Source of the DNA: Alphaproteobacteria bacterium
GTDB lineage: Bacteria > Pseudomonadota > Alphaproteobacteria > UBA6615
Direction: 5' to 3'
NCBI GenBank assembly: GCA_002722515.1
Contig: PBMH01000041.1
Coordinates: forward strand, 94 to 64,093
Length of the DNA stretch: 64,000 nt
Every line of letters starts with the position of its first letter. Within the stretch, counting starts at the first letter, position 1. Made by a program: the position numbers and the translations under genes. This document shows positions 49,052-58,940 of the stretch, one piece after another. The notes under the pieces are model-generated. The model searched no databases and was not told where the DNA came from. It worked only from the letters and a program-made list of their open reading frames with translations.

Positions 49052-50236
49052 CTATTCTGCGGCACCCTCCGTCGCGGCCCGTTCGGGCGAGATTTCTATG
49101 ATCTGAACCTTACCATGGTTGGCTGCCAGCGCTATTTCACCCGCTTTTAGGCGCAGTGCGTCGTTGCCAAAGATATCTCGGCGCCATCCCTTTAGGGCGG
49201 GCACATCGGCATCACTGGCCGCCGCGATCGACTCCAGATCTGCGACCGTGGCGACAAGCTTCTGGGCGACCTGTCGAGTGTCGCATTTGAACTTAAGCAG
49301 TACCTTCAAAAGGTCCATCAACGCGCCTGTACCCGGCGGCAGGCTAACCGGTTCAGTAATCGTGGGCGCGCGATCATTGGGCATTGCCCGGCCCTCGGAT
49401 ATAGCTGCCAGAAGTCCTTGGCCGAGCCGTCCGCTCGCAAAGTTCTTCGGGATGCCGCGCATTCGCTGTAGGGAATGTTCGTCCTCGGGCGGGCGGGCGG
49501 CGATTTGGGCGAGCACGTCGTCGCGCATTAACCGGTTCCGCGGCAGATTACGGTCCATCGCCTCGCGGTCGCGCCACGCCGCGACGGCTTGGAGCATGGC
49601 TAGGTACTTCGGTTGATTTCGCTTGGGCTTGAGCCGCCGCCAGCTTTCCTCGGGTACAACCTCGTAGATTTTGGGGTCGGCGACCTTGACCATCTCCTCC
49701 TCGATCCATTCTAGGCGGCCACTCTTCTCTATTTGCCGACGCAGTTTCTCGTAGGCTGGGCGCAGATGTGTAACGTCTGCTAGCGCATATTCGAGCTGCG
49801 CATCCGTGAGTGGTCGCTGGGACCAGTCGGTGAATCGGCTACCTTTGTCCGGGCGCACATTGGTCAGTTTTGAAATCAGCGTCTCATAGCCGACCTGGTC
49901 GCCGAAGCCCGCGACCATCGCGGCTATCTGGGTGTCGAACAAGGGTTTGGGCGTGACCCCGCCCTCGTGATGAAAAATTTCGATGTCTTGCTTCGCCGCG
50001 TGCATCACCTTGAGCACATTGTCGTTGCCGATTAGATCGTATAGTGGAGACAAATCGATACCGTCGGCCAACGGGTCAATGATCGCCTCGTCATCCGGCC
50101 CCGCGACTTGGACCAGACAAAGGATTGGCCAGAAAGTGCTCTCGCGCATGAACTCTGTGTCGACGGTGACATAGTCCGCATCTGCCAGCCGACCGCACAG
50201 GGCGGCTAGGGCGTCAGTTTTGTTGATGATGTTCAT
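49052..50236 (-). CDS. rnd: Ribonuclease D
   Basis: VDTEFMRE, HAA.QD, FDTQIAA, DW..RPL...Q..YA..DV and GWRR motifs. Confidence 0.95.
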   Translation of the reverse strand: MNIINKTDALAALCGRLADADYVTVDTEFMRESTFWPILCLVQVAGPDDEAIIDPLADGIDLSPLYDLIGNDNVLKVMHAAKQDIEIFHHEGGVTPKPLFDTQIAAMVAGFGDQVGYETLISKLTNVRPDKGSRFTDWSQRPLTDAQLEYALADVTHLRPAYEKLRRQIEKSGRLEWIEEEMVKVADPKIYEVVPEESWRRLKPKRNQPKYLAMLQAVAAWRDREAMDRNLPRNRLMRDDVLAQIAARPPEDEHSLQRMRGIPKNFASGRLGQGLLAAISEGRAMPNDRAPTITEPVSLPPGTGALMDLLKVLLKFKCDTRQVAQKLVATVADLESIAAASDADVPALKGWRRDIFGNDALRLKAGEIALAANHGKVQIIEISPERAATEGAAE

Positions 50237-50285
50237 GGGCGGCTTTTCTACAGGGATTCGTGAGGGTCCGAAAGCACTCGCGAGT

Positions 50286-50315
50286 CTTGACATGTGTGGG
50301 CGATCCGTGGCCATT
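50286..50315 (+). promoter_or_regulatory. Putative sigma70 promoter for aspS
   Basis: cTTGACA-N17-GCCATT. Confidence 0.4.
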
Positions 50316-50385
50316 GGCGCGAATGGCGGCCCACGAGTTAAAAGGGTCCGATCCCAGCTTTTAACTAGTGTCTTCCGGACTACAC

Positions 50386-52182
50386 ATGCATCCCTATAGA
50401 ACCCATACCTGCGGCGAATTGCGCAATGAAAATGCCGGGGACATCGTTCGCCTGTCGGGCTGGGTCCACCGCAAGCGCGATCATGGCAACCTTCTATTCG
50501 TTGACCTACGTGACCAGTATGGCATCACCCAGTGCGTGATCGACACCTCCAGCCCGATTTTCGCGACGGTTGAGGGCGCAAGGCTGGAGTCCGTAGTAAC
50601 GGTTACTGGTCCAGTGGTGCTCCGTTCTGAGGCGACAGTGAATCCGAGTTTACCAACGGGCGCTGTTGAGGTTGGCATCGATGTTATAAATGTCGAGAAC
50701 AGCGCTGACATGCTCCCGCTACAGGTGAATTCTGACGAGGATACTGGCGAGGATATCCGCCTGCGGTATCGTTACCTTGACCTGCGTCGCGAGAAGGTTG
50801 CGCGCAACATACTGCTACGCAACGACGTTATCGCGTCGATACGTCGGCGCATGATCGAGGCCAATTTTAAGGAATTCCAGACCCCGATCTTGACGGCGTC
50901 GTCACCCGAGGGTGCGCGCGACTATTTGGTGCCTTCACGTCTGCATCCGGGCAAGTTCTACGCGCTGCCCCAGGCTCCTCAGCAGTTTAAACAGCTGTTG
51001 ATGGTTGCCGGATTCGACAAGTATTTTCAAATCGCACCCTGTTTTCGTGACGAAGACGCGCGGGCTGACCGCTCGCCGGGCGAATTCTACCAGCTCGATT
51101 TTGAGATGGCATATTCCACCCAGGATGACGTTTTCAACGCTATCGAACCGGTGATTGCTGGCGTTTTCGAGGAGTTTGCGGGGTTCGGCCGGGACGAACC
51201 CTGGTCGGTAACTGCGACGCCGTTTCCGCGTATTCCCTACGCCGAATCAATTCTCAAATACGGCAGCGATAAACCCGACTTGCGCAATCCAATTGAGATC
51301 GCGGATGTCGCTGAGGTGTTCGACGGTTCAGATTTCAAGATATTTTCGAAGTTGGTGGGTATGGGTGGCACCGTGCGTGCCATTCCTGCGCCACGCGGTG
51401 GGTCGCAGCCGCGCAGCTGGTATGACAAGCTTAACGATTGGGCCCGCGAAGAAGGGGCGCCGGGACTCGGATACATAATCCTTGAGGACGGCGAGGGAAA
51501 GGGACCGATCTCCAAATTCGTCGCCGGTGAGCGCCTTGCGAGGCTAAAGGAACTGGCGGGGTTGGAAGACGGTGACGCGGTATTTTTCTCAGCCGGTGAA
51601 GCAGGCGAAGCAGCAGAGCTGGCGGGCAAGGCACGTACCAAGATCGGCGAAGACCTCGATCTAATTCCGACCGGGCGCTACGACTTTTGCTGGATTGTTG
51701 ATTACCCGATGTTCGAGAAAGACAAGGACACGGGTAAAATCAAATTCTCGCACAACCCTTTCTCCATGCCCCAGGGCGAGATGGCTGCACTTGATGTCGA
51801 CGATCCCCTGGATGTGCTCGCCTACCAGTACGACATAGTTTGTAATGGCGTGGAACTGTCATCAGGTGCGATCCGGAATCACCGACCGGATATTATGCTC
51901 AAGGCTTTCGAGATTGCAGGTTATAATCGGGAGACCGTGGAGCGTGAATTCGCTGGTATGTTCAACGCCTTCCGCTACGGAGCACCTCCACATGGCGGGT
52001 CTGCGCCGGGCATCGATCGCATTGTGATGCTGATAGCCGACGAGCCTAATATTCGTGAGGTCATAGCCTTTCCTATGAACCAGCGCGCCGAAGACTTGAT
52101 GATGGGTGCCCCTGCCGAAGTGGATGACACGCGGCTACATGAACTGCACCTAAAGAAGTTGCCAACCAAGGGAGGCAAGTAA
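50386..52182 (+). CDS. aspS: Aspartate--tRNA ligase (probably non-discriminating)
   Basis: [34 protein letters not shown] and PPHGG...GIDR motifs. Confidence 0.97.
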   Translation: MHPYRTHTCGELRNENAGDIVRLSGWVHRKRDHGNLLFVDLRDQYGITQCVIDTSSPIFATVEGARLESVVTVTGPVVLRSEATVNPSLPTGAVEVGIDVINVENSADMLPLQVNSDEDTGEDIRLRYRYLDLRREKVARNILLRNDVIASIRRRMIEANFKEFQTPILTASSPEGARDYLVPSRLHPGKFYALPQAPQQFKQLLMVAGFDKYFQIAPCFRDEDARADRSPGEFYQLDFEMAYSTQDDVFNAIEPVIAGVFEEFAGFGRDEPWSVTATPFPRIPYAESILKYGSDKPDLRNPIEIADVAEVFDGSDFKIFSKLVGMGGTVRAIPAPRGGSQPRSWYDKLNDWAREEGAPGLGYIILEDGEGKGPISKFVAGERLARLKELAGLEDGDAVFFSAGEAGEAAELAGKARTKIGEDLDLIPTGRYDFCWIVDYPMFEKDKDTGKIKFSHNPFSMPQGEMAALDVDDPLDVLAYQYDIVCNGVELSSGAIRNHRPDIMLKAFEIAGYNRETVEREFAGMFNAFRYGAPPHGGSAPGIDRIVMLIADEPNIREVIAFPMNQRAEDLMMGAPAEVDDTRLHELHLKKLPTKGGK

Positions 52183-52191
52183 CGGGTTTCC

Positions 52192-52995
52192 ATGAAAATT
52201 ACCCTCAACAATATTGATTTTCGCTATGAGCTGGACGGGCCCGAGGGTGCTCCGTGGATCATATTTTCGAACTCTCTGACCACTGATGTGACCATGTGGG
52301 ACACCGAGGTGGCGCAGCTTGCCGACCGGTACCGCATTCTGCGCTACGATACTCGAGGCCATGGACAGACGTCTGCACCGGAAGGCCCCTACAGCTTCGA
52401 ATTGTTGGTCGGCGATGTCATCGCACTGATGGATGCAGTCGGCGCGGATTGCGCTCATTATGTAGGGCTGTCGCTAGGTGGTATGACCGGGCTTGGTATG
52501 GCTATCGAGCATGGGGACCGTCTGCTTAGCTTGGCGGCGTGTGACGCACGACCGTTTGCGGACCCGGAATGGGCGGCCCCCTGGGTCGATCGCATCGCAC
52601 TGGCCCACGATAAAGGTATGGAGGCCTTGGTGGAGCCCACGGTAGCCCGCTGGTTTACAGAGGCCTTTCAGGCTGAGGCGGCCAATGCTCCGGTGCTGGA
52701 TCACGTGCGGCGGATGATCCGAGAGACCTCCGTCGAGGGCTATATGGGTTGCGCCGGTGCACTCCAAGGCCTCAACTATCTACCTCGGTTGGGTGAGATC
52801 TTCGTGCCAAGTCTGTTTATGACTGGCAAGTTTGACGGCAGTACACCGCCGGCGGCCTCTCGGCAGATGCATGCCGCCGTACCGGGCTCGCAATGCGTGA
52901 TCTTGGATCCGGCCTCGCACATCTCTAACCTTGAGAACCCAACCGATTTCGATACGGCGCTGTTTGCCCATATCGAGGCGGCGCAAAACCGGTAA
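52192..52995 (+). CDS. Alpha/beta hydrolase, 3-oxoadipate enol-lactonase (PcaD)-like
   Basis: SNSL....MW, RYDTRGHG.., GLSLGGM nucleophile elbow, RWFT, D..TPP and H..N.E.P motifs. Confidence 0.82.
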   Translation: MKITLNNIDFRYELDGPEGAPWIIFSNSLTTDVTMWDTEVAQLADRYRILRYDTRGHGQTSAPEGPYSFELLVGDVIALMDAVGADCAHYVGLSLGGMTGLGMAIEHGDRLLSLAACDARPFADPEWAAPWVDRIALAHDKGMEALVEPTVARWFTEAFQAEAANAPVLDHVRRMIRETSVEGYMGCAGALQGLNYLPRLGEIFVPSLFMTGKFDGSTPPAASRQMHAAVPGSQCVILDPASHISNLENPTDFDTALFAHIEAAQNR

Positions 52996-53008
52996 ACCTT
53001 GAGGAGAG

Positions 53009-53581
53009 GTGAGTATGCCAAGGGAGGTTCCTATGCCCTCAGCCCCCCGCCTGCGTCATGTGGGTGTCTATACGACTGAGCTGGACGCAATGGTTGCGTT
53101 TTACACCGACGTAATGGGCCTGACGGTCACGGACAGGGGCGTGTATGGCGACACGGAGCAGCGCATTGTTTTCCTGTCGAGTAATCCGACTGAGCATCAT
53201 GAGTTTGTACTCGCAGACCCGCCAGCCGACGCTGGCGCTACTGCCCAAGTGCAGCAGATGTCCTTCCTGCTCAATGATCTCGACGCCCTGCGCGACCTCC
53301 ATAGAGAGCTTGTGGCCAGCGGGGTCGAAATTAACCGGATGATAACCCATGGTAATTCTTGGTCGATATATTTTCAGGACCCGGGTGGCAACCGCTTGGA
53401 GTGCTACGTCCATACGCCGTGGTACGTTACCCAGCCTCACGCCCACCCGTTCGACTTGTCACAGTCCAACGATGCCATCATGGCTATGACCGAAGCCCAT
53501 TGCCGCGATGTTGCGGGCTTCATGTCAGCTGCGAAATGGGAGGCAAAGATGGTGAAGGCTATGAATGATGGAGGTTCGTAA
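53009..53581 (+). CDS. VOC/glyoxalase-like family protein
   Basis: HVG....D.M..FY..VMG...TDRG, EHH, HGN.WSIYF.DP.GNRLE.Y..TPWY motifs. Start uncertain. Confidence 0.85.
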   Translation: MSMPREVPMPSAPRLRHVGVYTTELDAMVAFYTDVMGLTVTDRGVYGDTEQRIVFLSSNPTEHHEFVLADPPADAGATAQVQQMSFLLNDLDALRDLHRELVASGVEINRMITHGNSWSIYFQDPGGNRLECYVHTPWYVTQPHAHPFDLSQSNDAIMAMTEAHCRDVAGFMSAAKWEAKMVKAMNDGGS

Positions 53582-53694
53582 ACGGTCTTCCGGATGCAGA
53601 ATGGCAGGTTCGTTGAATCAATATTGAACCGGTGACCTGTGCCGAGACCGTAGCCGTTCATACATCTGCCGTAATTGGATTTATACTCAGCGCC

Positions 53695-54183
53695 ATGCGA
53701 AGGATGTGGACGAAATTTTTAACTTTGATCGGGGCGTGCATTGCGTTCCTAGGAGCAGCAACGTCGGCTCAGGGACCCGCATTCGTGCAGGCATATCTGC
53801 AGCGCCTCGGCGGGCATATTGATGAGGCGCAGCGCACGCTCTCTGAACTTTCCGGCGGGAGCACTGCACAACTGGTCGGGGACGTAGTCGCGCGCGACCG
53901 GCTCGTTGGCGCCTTTGCAGGTCGTCTGGCTGAGCTGGAGGCCTCGCGTGGCGCTGTTGAGAAAGCCCCGGCGCTATGGCGACCTTTTTCGTTAGTCCTG
54001 AATGGGGATCGCGAGATTATTGTGGCGACCGCGGGGGACTATACCCCTAACATGCCGCTGGACGCGGGGAGCCTAGTCTACGCCTTAGGCGGTCTGTTCT
54101 TTGGTTGGGCCGTCTGGGCGCTCTTGCAGTGGCCGGCGAGGGCCAGTTTTCGCCACCGACGGTTGCGTTGCAAGGTTGTCTGA
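53695..54183 (+). CDS. DUF2937 family membrane protein
   Basis: Q.P.F...Y.QRLGGH.DE motif with flanking TM helices. Confidence 0.75.
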   Translation: MRRMWTKFLTLIGACIAFLGAATSAQGPAFVQAYLQRLGGHIDEAQRTLSELSGGSTAQLVGDVVARDRLVGAFAGRLAELEASRGAVEKAPALWRPFSLVLNGDREIIVATAGDYTPNMPLDAGSLVYALGGLFFGWAVWALLQWPARASFRHRRLRCKVV

Positions 54184-54250
54184 ACGCTAGCCACGGCGGA
54201 TGCCGAGCCTATATTATGCAGCGAATATAAGCTTGTTCGGGGGGTATTTC

Positions 54251-55234
54251 ATGCGCGCAGCATTCTATGACCGGCTGGGTTCGGCTAACGAAGTCTTAAC
54301 GGTGGGCGAGCAGCCTACGCCGGAGCCAGGGCCTGGCGAAGTTCGCGTGCGGCTCGTGACGTCGGGCGTCAACCCGTCTGACTGGAAGGCGCGGCTTCGT
54401 GGCCGGGGCGGAGATATTCCCTTTCCACTAATTATTCCCCACAGCGACGGCGCAGGGATAATCGACGCCGTTGGTGACGGTATAGATGACGGTCGTGTTG
54501 GTAGAGAAGTCTGGCTTATGAACGGACAGTGGCAGCGACCTTTTGGGACGTCGGCGGAATATATCTGTATGCCCGAAAAGTATGTCATTGATCTGCCTGG
54601 AGGTACCGACATGGTCGAGGCGGCGTGCTTCGGCATTCCTTTTCTCACGGCGCATCGAGCAGTGATGTTTGATGGTGATGTAGCGGGTCAGACGATTCTC
54701 GTTCAGGGTGGTGCGGGCGCAGTCGGCGATCATGCGGTTCAAGTGGCCAAGGCCAACGGCGCGCGAGTGATCACTACAGTCAGTTCCGACGAGAAGGATG
54801 CCCATGTGCGCATAGCCGGCGCCGATGAGGTGGTGAATTATCGAACTGAGGATGTGCCATCTCGAATTCTCGAGTTAACCGACGGAAACGGTGTTGATCG
54901 AATAGTGGAGTTGAACCTGTCGGCAAACGCTCCGAGCTATGGTCAGATTCTGGCGCCGCGCGGGACCGTTATCATCTACGGCACAGTTGATATGATGGCT
55001 AGCGTTCCGGCTCAGGACTTCATCGTCAAGGGCGCAAACCTCAAATGGTTTATCGTTTATTCTATCACCGATGCAGAGCGTGATGAAGGCGTCGCGGCAC
55101 TCAACAAGATGCTCGCAGAGGGCAGTCTAAAGACATGCATTGCGGCGCGTTTTTCCCTTGAGGAGATCGTTGCGGCTCATGAAATGGTAGAGGCCGCCAA
55201 ACATATCGGCAATGTAGTTCTCGATATAGGTTAG
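54251..55234 (+). CDS. NADPH:quinone reductase (MDR family), second paralog
   Basis: SGVNPSD.K.R, PHSDGAG, FGT.AEY, GIP..TAH and GGAGAVG motifs. Confidence 0.9.
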   Translation: MRAAFYDRLGSANEVLTVGEQPTPEPGPGEVRVRLVTSGVNPSDWKARLRGRGGDIPFPLIIPHSDGAGIIDAVGDGIDDGRVGREVWLMNGQWQRPFGTSAEYICMPEKYVIDLPGGTDMVEAACFGIPFLTAHRAVMFDGDVAGQTILVQGGAGAVGDHAVQVAKANGARVITTVSSDEKDAHVRIAGADEVVNYRTEDVPSRILELTDGNGVDRIVELNLSANAPSYGQILAPRGTVIIYGTVDMMASVPAQDFIVKGANLKWFIVYSITDAERDEGVAALNKMLAEGSLKTCIAARFSLEEIVAAHEMVEAAKHIGNVVLDIG

Positions 55235-55320
55235 CTGTTGCCGCCGCCGCTGCCGCAAAAAGTAAGAGTTGAGTGCACATTGGTTTCAAGGGCACCTAGA
55301 AGTGGGTGGTTTATGCGTCG

Positions 55321-55449
55321 GTGTTGCCTAGTTCCCGGACCGGGAACATATGGCAGCTATGGGGAATGGCCGATGTCCGCTATGCCAGAGCGGCGGTGTC
55401 ACAGCTGATACCGCTGAACTAGCCCGTTGGCCCGGAGGCCGCGTGGTAA
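55321..55449 (+). pseudogene. Collapsed RidA/YjgF-family gene relic
   Basis: One frame reads VLPSSRTGNIWQLWGMADVRYARAAVSQLIPLN*PVGPEAAW*. This resembles RidA N-terminal P..RTGN...GQL fused to C-terminal GRHARAAVG...LPLN.PVEVEA. Confidence 0.55.
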
Positions 55450-55508
55450 GGCATAACTTGGCGTATTGCAAGAATTCGCCGCAGAATTCTGTTTAGGATA
55501 GACTCATC

Positions 55509-56351
55509 ATGGCCTTCGAGATCAAAGCAGTTTGCAACCTGCTTGCAGGGGTGCTGTTTTTAATTTTTCTTTCGACCAAAATTTCTGGGGCGGTGGCGGT
55601 TAGCCATGCATCCCACCGCGCCTTCTATGCAATAAGTATTAGCCACGTTGCGGTAGAATCAAACATCGTTGACGCGCGCGGTCGAATGGTTGTCGAATGG
55701 CGCGATGACTGCGACGGTTGGTCATCCAGTCAGCGTCTCGCAGTTAGCATGGCGCCAAGGGATGGTGAACCGGTGACCTCAGAGGTCATGATGACGAGTT
55801 TCGAAACCTTTGACGGGAAGCTATTCAGTTTCGATTCCGAAACCCGTATCGGTGGCGAGATTGTGGAGGCGGTGAAAGGCTTCGCGGAACGTGACGGACG
55901 GGGCAAGCCGGGGCGCGCTATCTACAAGGTTCCGAATGGAGTGATCGTTGACCTTCCGGCCGATACGGTGTTTCCCTTTGAGCATACGATCGCTGTGATT
56001 GAGGCTGCTAAGCAGGGCCAATCTCGAGCGTTCAGTCACTATTTTGACGGGTCTCAGCCGGAGGATTCGCCGATGGCAGCAAATTCGCTTATTCTTGGCG
56101 AGGCGCGTGATGCATCCGACGGCGGCCAGAACGGTTTTGGCGGAATAAGTCAACACAAGTGGTGGGCGGTTCGTCTTGCGATGTTTGCTAACGACGACGC
56201 CAAGCGTCCGACCGAACAGCCGGAGTTCGAGATGACACAGCTTCTGCAGGACAATGGTGTTGTCCGTCAGTTCGAGTTTGACTATGGAGAATTTTCGTTG
56301 GTTGCCGCGTTGGTCGCTATTGAGAAAATAGATTCGCCGCCTTGTAACTGA
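55509..56351 (+). CDS. eipB: Cell envelope integrity protein EipB (DUF1849)
   Basis: Signal peptide, HRA.Y, GRM..EW...CDGW, E..DG..F.F, LP..T.FP..H, FDG, L..NGV and a terminal Cys. Confidence 0.85.
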   Translation: MAFEIKAVCNLLAGVLFLIFLSTKISGAVAVSHASHRAFYAISISHVAVESNIVDARGRMVVEWRDDCDGWSSSQRLAVSMAPRDGEPVTSEVMMTSFETFDGKLFSFDSETRIGGEIVEAVKGFAERDGRGKPGRAIYKVPNGVIVDLPADTVFPFEHTIAVIEAAKQGQSRAFSHYFDGSQPEDSPMAANSLILGEARDASDGGQNGFGGISQHKWWAVRLAMFANDDAKRPTEQPEFEMTQLLQDNGVVRQFEFDYGEFSLVAALVAIEKIDSPPCN

Positions 56352-56390
56352 GGCATGGCGTATAGCTAAAGCGTCGATAGCGAGGCCATT

Positions 56391-57719
56391 TCAGCGCCTA
56401 GTAGATTTAGTGTTTGCCGGTTTCTTTCGTTTCGGGATTGTTCGGCCCTTAACAATAGCGTCGTTGCCCAGCTTACTGCGCACTTGGTCAATGACAGCCT
56501 CAACACGTTTGCGGTGATAGAAATCCGGATCGGCAAGGTCAGGCGGGTCGGCCTCCAGTGGGTCGGTGAAGTTCGACAAGCCCACACCTATCAGCCGGAA
56601 CTTGCTTCCCGCCGGTGCGGCGTCGACCGCTCGGTCGAGCAGAGGGATAGCAGCGCGGAAGAGTGTTTCGGCAAGTTGCGTTGGAGTTGGCAGAGCCTGG
56701 GATCGCGTCAGGGTCTTGAAAGTAGATGACTTTAATTTGATTGTTACCGTACGACCTGCAAGGTCACGCGCTTTTATCCGATCGGTCACCTTTTCGCAAA
56801 GTGGCCACAATCTCTGGGCCAGAATTTCGCGATCGCCAATATCTTCAAAGAACGTATTTTCGTTCGATAAGCTCTTAGGCCCGGAATGTGGTTTCACTCT
56901 GCGATGATCTTCACCGCGGCTGAAACGCGCCAGACGTTGCCCGATCGCCCCGTAGCGTTTGACCAGCTGGGCTTCGTCTTGGATCCGTAATTGCCCGATC
57001 GTCTGCAAACCATCGGAAACTAGTTTCCTGTGCAGCGCTTTTCCAACCCCCCAAATTCGCGCTACCGGTAGCGTGTCCAGATAGTCTAACGCCTCATTTT
57101 CACCGATGACGGCGAAGCCACGCGGCTTGTTAATGTCTGATGCTAGTTTGGCTAAGAATTTATTGTAGCTTAGGCCGATCGAGGCCGTGACACCGATCTC
57201 GCGTTCGATGCGGTCTACTAAGTGGATCAGGGATTTTGCGGGCGTGGCATTGTGCAGCCGCTCTGTACCAGTGAGATCCAGGAAGGCCTCGTCAATGGAT
57301 AGCGGCTCGACGAGGGGCGTCATGCTGTTCATGAGGTGGCGGATTTGCCGCCCGACCGCGCTGTATTTGTCTATGTCTGGTCTGATCACTTTCGCATCGG
57401 GGCAGAGTTGCAGTGCCTTAAACATTGGCATGGCAGAGTGGACCCCTTTTATGCGGGCGACATAGCAGGCCGCCGAAACTACGCCGCGGCGCCCGCCGCC
57501 AATAATGACTGGCTTGTCGCGAAGGGAAGGGTTGTCACGTTTTTCCACGCTAGCATAGAAAGCATCGCAGTCGATGTGCGCGATCGACAACATGTCGAGT
57601 TCTTCATGGAAGAGTATGCGAGGGGTAGCGCAGCTTGGGCAGCGGCGTGCCCCCACCGGCACGTCGCCCGCACAGTCACGGCATAAGCCGTCGGGCATGT
57701 ACCGGGATGTAGCATTCAC
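56391..57719 (-). CDS. dinB: DNA polymerase IV (Y-family) with N-terminal Zn ribbon
   Basis: CRDC..CPSC, HIDCDAFYASVE, SIDEAFLD, NKFLAKLASD..KP.G and WGVG motifs. Confidence 0.95.
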   Translation of the reverse strand: MNATSRYMPDGLCRDCAGDVPVGARRCPSCATPRILFHEELDMLSIAHIDCDAFYASVEKRDNPSLRDKPVIIGGGRRGVVSAACYVARIKGVHSAMPMFKALQLCPDAKVIRPDIDKYSAVGRQIRHLMNSMTPLVEPLSIDEAFLDLTGTERLHNATPAKSLIHLVDRIEREIGVTASIGLSYNKFLAKLASDINKPRGFAVIGENEALDYLDTLPVARIWGVGKALHRKLVSDGLQTIGQLRIQDEAQLVKRYGAIGQRLARFSRGEDHRRVKPHSGPKSLSNENTFFEDIGDREILAQRLWPLCEKVTDRIKARDLAGRTVTIKLKSSTFKTLTRSQALPTPTQLAETLFRAAIPLLDRAVDAAPAGSKFRLIGVGLSNFTDPLEADPPDLADPDFYHRKRVEAVIDQVRSKLGNDAIVKGRTIPKRKKPANTKSTRR

Positions 57720-58639
57720 TCTGCGGCACTCCTGCTATCCGTATTGAGAGGCCAGAGCCAGGCGGCTCCGCGGACACCGCTTGAATCTCCATGTTTAGCC
57801 TTGCGTACAGATGTCGAGATATTGTCGGAGAAGGTGTAATGGGCGATCCGATCTCGGAGATTTACGTAAAGTTCATCGATATTGGACAGGCCTCCGCCAA
57901 GAACTATCACGTCGGGATCGATGATATTGATGATCATAGCAAGACCACGTGCAAGGCGATCTCCTAGATCTCTGAGGCAGGCTATGGCGTCACATTCGCC
58001 TTCGCCCGCAGCTTTGGAAATCTCAGCGGCGGACAAGTTTTGTCCAGTTCTCTCCGTAAAATCTCGTGCCACGGCTGGACCTGAAATGAAGGTTTCGATG
58101 CAGCCATGACGACCGCAGAAGCACTCGGGTCCGGGAAACTCTTCTGCCGTCATCCAAGGAAGGGGCGTGTGCCCCCACTCGCCGGCAATCGCGTTGCCGC
58201 CGTCCATGATTTGGCCTCGGTTTACCAGCCCTCCGCCGACGCCTGTGCCAACAATCACGCCAAAGACTGATCGTGCGCCTGCACCCGCGCCGTCCGTTGC
58301 CTCGGATACGGTGAAGCAATTCGCATCGTTGGCCACCCGTACGCGCCTTCCTAGAAGAGAAGATAAGTCTTGGTCAAAAGGACGCCCGATCAGCCAAGTC
58401 GAGTTGGCGTTCTTTATCAGGCCGGTGGCCGGGGAAATTGTCCCGGGTATGCCAATACCGATTTCGGTCCGCGCCTTGGGGTTGGGGTCGATCTGCGCTA
58501 TCAGGTCGGCGATCGCGCGAAGCGATTTCTCATAGTCGCCGTGGGTAGTTGGAACCCGTGCGCGCGCAACTTCCAATCCAGAATCGTTGAGCACGATTCC
58601 CTCAATCTTGCTCCCGCCGAGATCGATTCCGATGCGCAT
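57716..58639 (-). CDS. ROK-family sugar kinase (Mak/fructokinase-like)
   Basis: GIDLGG.K, NDANCF..SE, GTGVGGG, AGEWGH, C.CG..GC.E and GDSSGVRGAAWL motifs. Confidence 0.9.
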   Translation of the reverse strand: MRIGIDLGGSKIEGIVLNDSGLEVARARVPTTHGDYEKSLRAIADLIAQIDPNPKARTEIGIGIPGTISPATGLIKNANSTWLIGRPFDQDLSSLLGRRVRVANDANCFTVSEATDGAGAGARSVFGVIVGTGVGGGLVNRGQIMDGGNAIAGEWGHTPLPWMTAEEFPGPECFCGRHGCIETFISGPAVARDFTERTGQNLSAAEISKAAGEGECDAIACLRDLGDRLARGLAMIINIIDPDVIVLGGGLSNIDELYVNLRDRIAHYTFSDNISTSVRKAKHGDSSGVRGAAWLWPLNTDSRSAAE

Positions 58640-58665
58640 GCCTTAGATATGCATAGGGTTTATGT

Positions 58666-58940
58666 GAACATTTAGGATATTAGCACTCATTTGGAGTCAT
58701 GAGTGTGAGCGAAGCTCCAAGCTTTTCAGCCCGCCCGTAAAAGTCATCTAGGGTGCGCCCTGATAGATATAAAGCTTCCCGATGTCTTGGAACTGTAATC
58801 CACCCAATGGAACAATTGCGACACGAAGTTACGTGTATGTCATGGGTATCAGCGTGACGACTCTTTATGCGAAGGCCGATGAAGAAAAGATCCGGTAATG
58901 TAGCCGCGTAGCTTTGTGTTTGGGGTTCGAAACTGCGTGA
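58666..58940 (+). pseudogene. divK: Heavily degraded divK (single-domain response regulator) relic
   Basis: Across frames: RPD/LIDIKLPDVLEL*STQW...D..L, then ISVTTLYAKADEEKIR*. This matches DivK [23 protein letters not shown]..L....AVTAFAMKGDEE(R/K)IR. It sits in the dinB..divK-pleD..rpmG syntenic slot. Confidence 0.7.
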
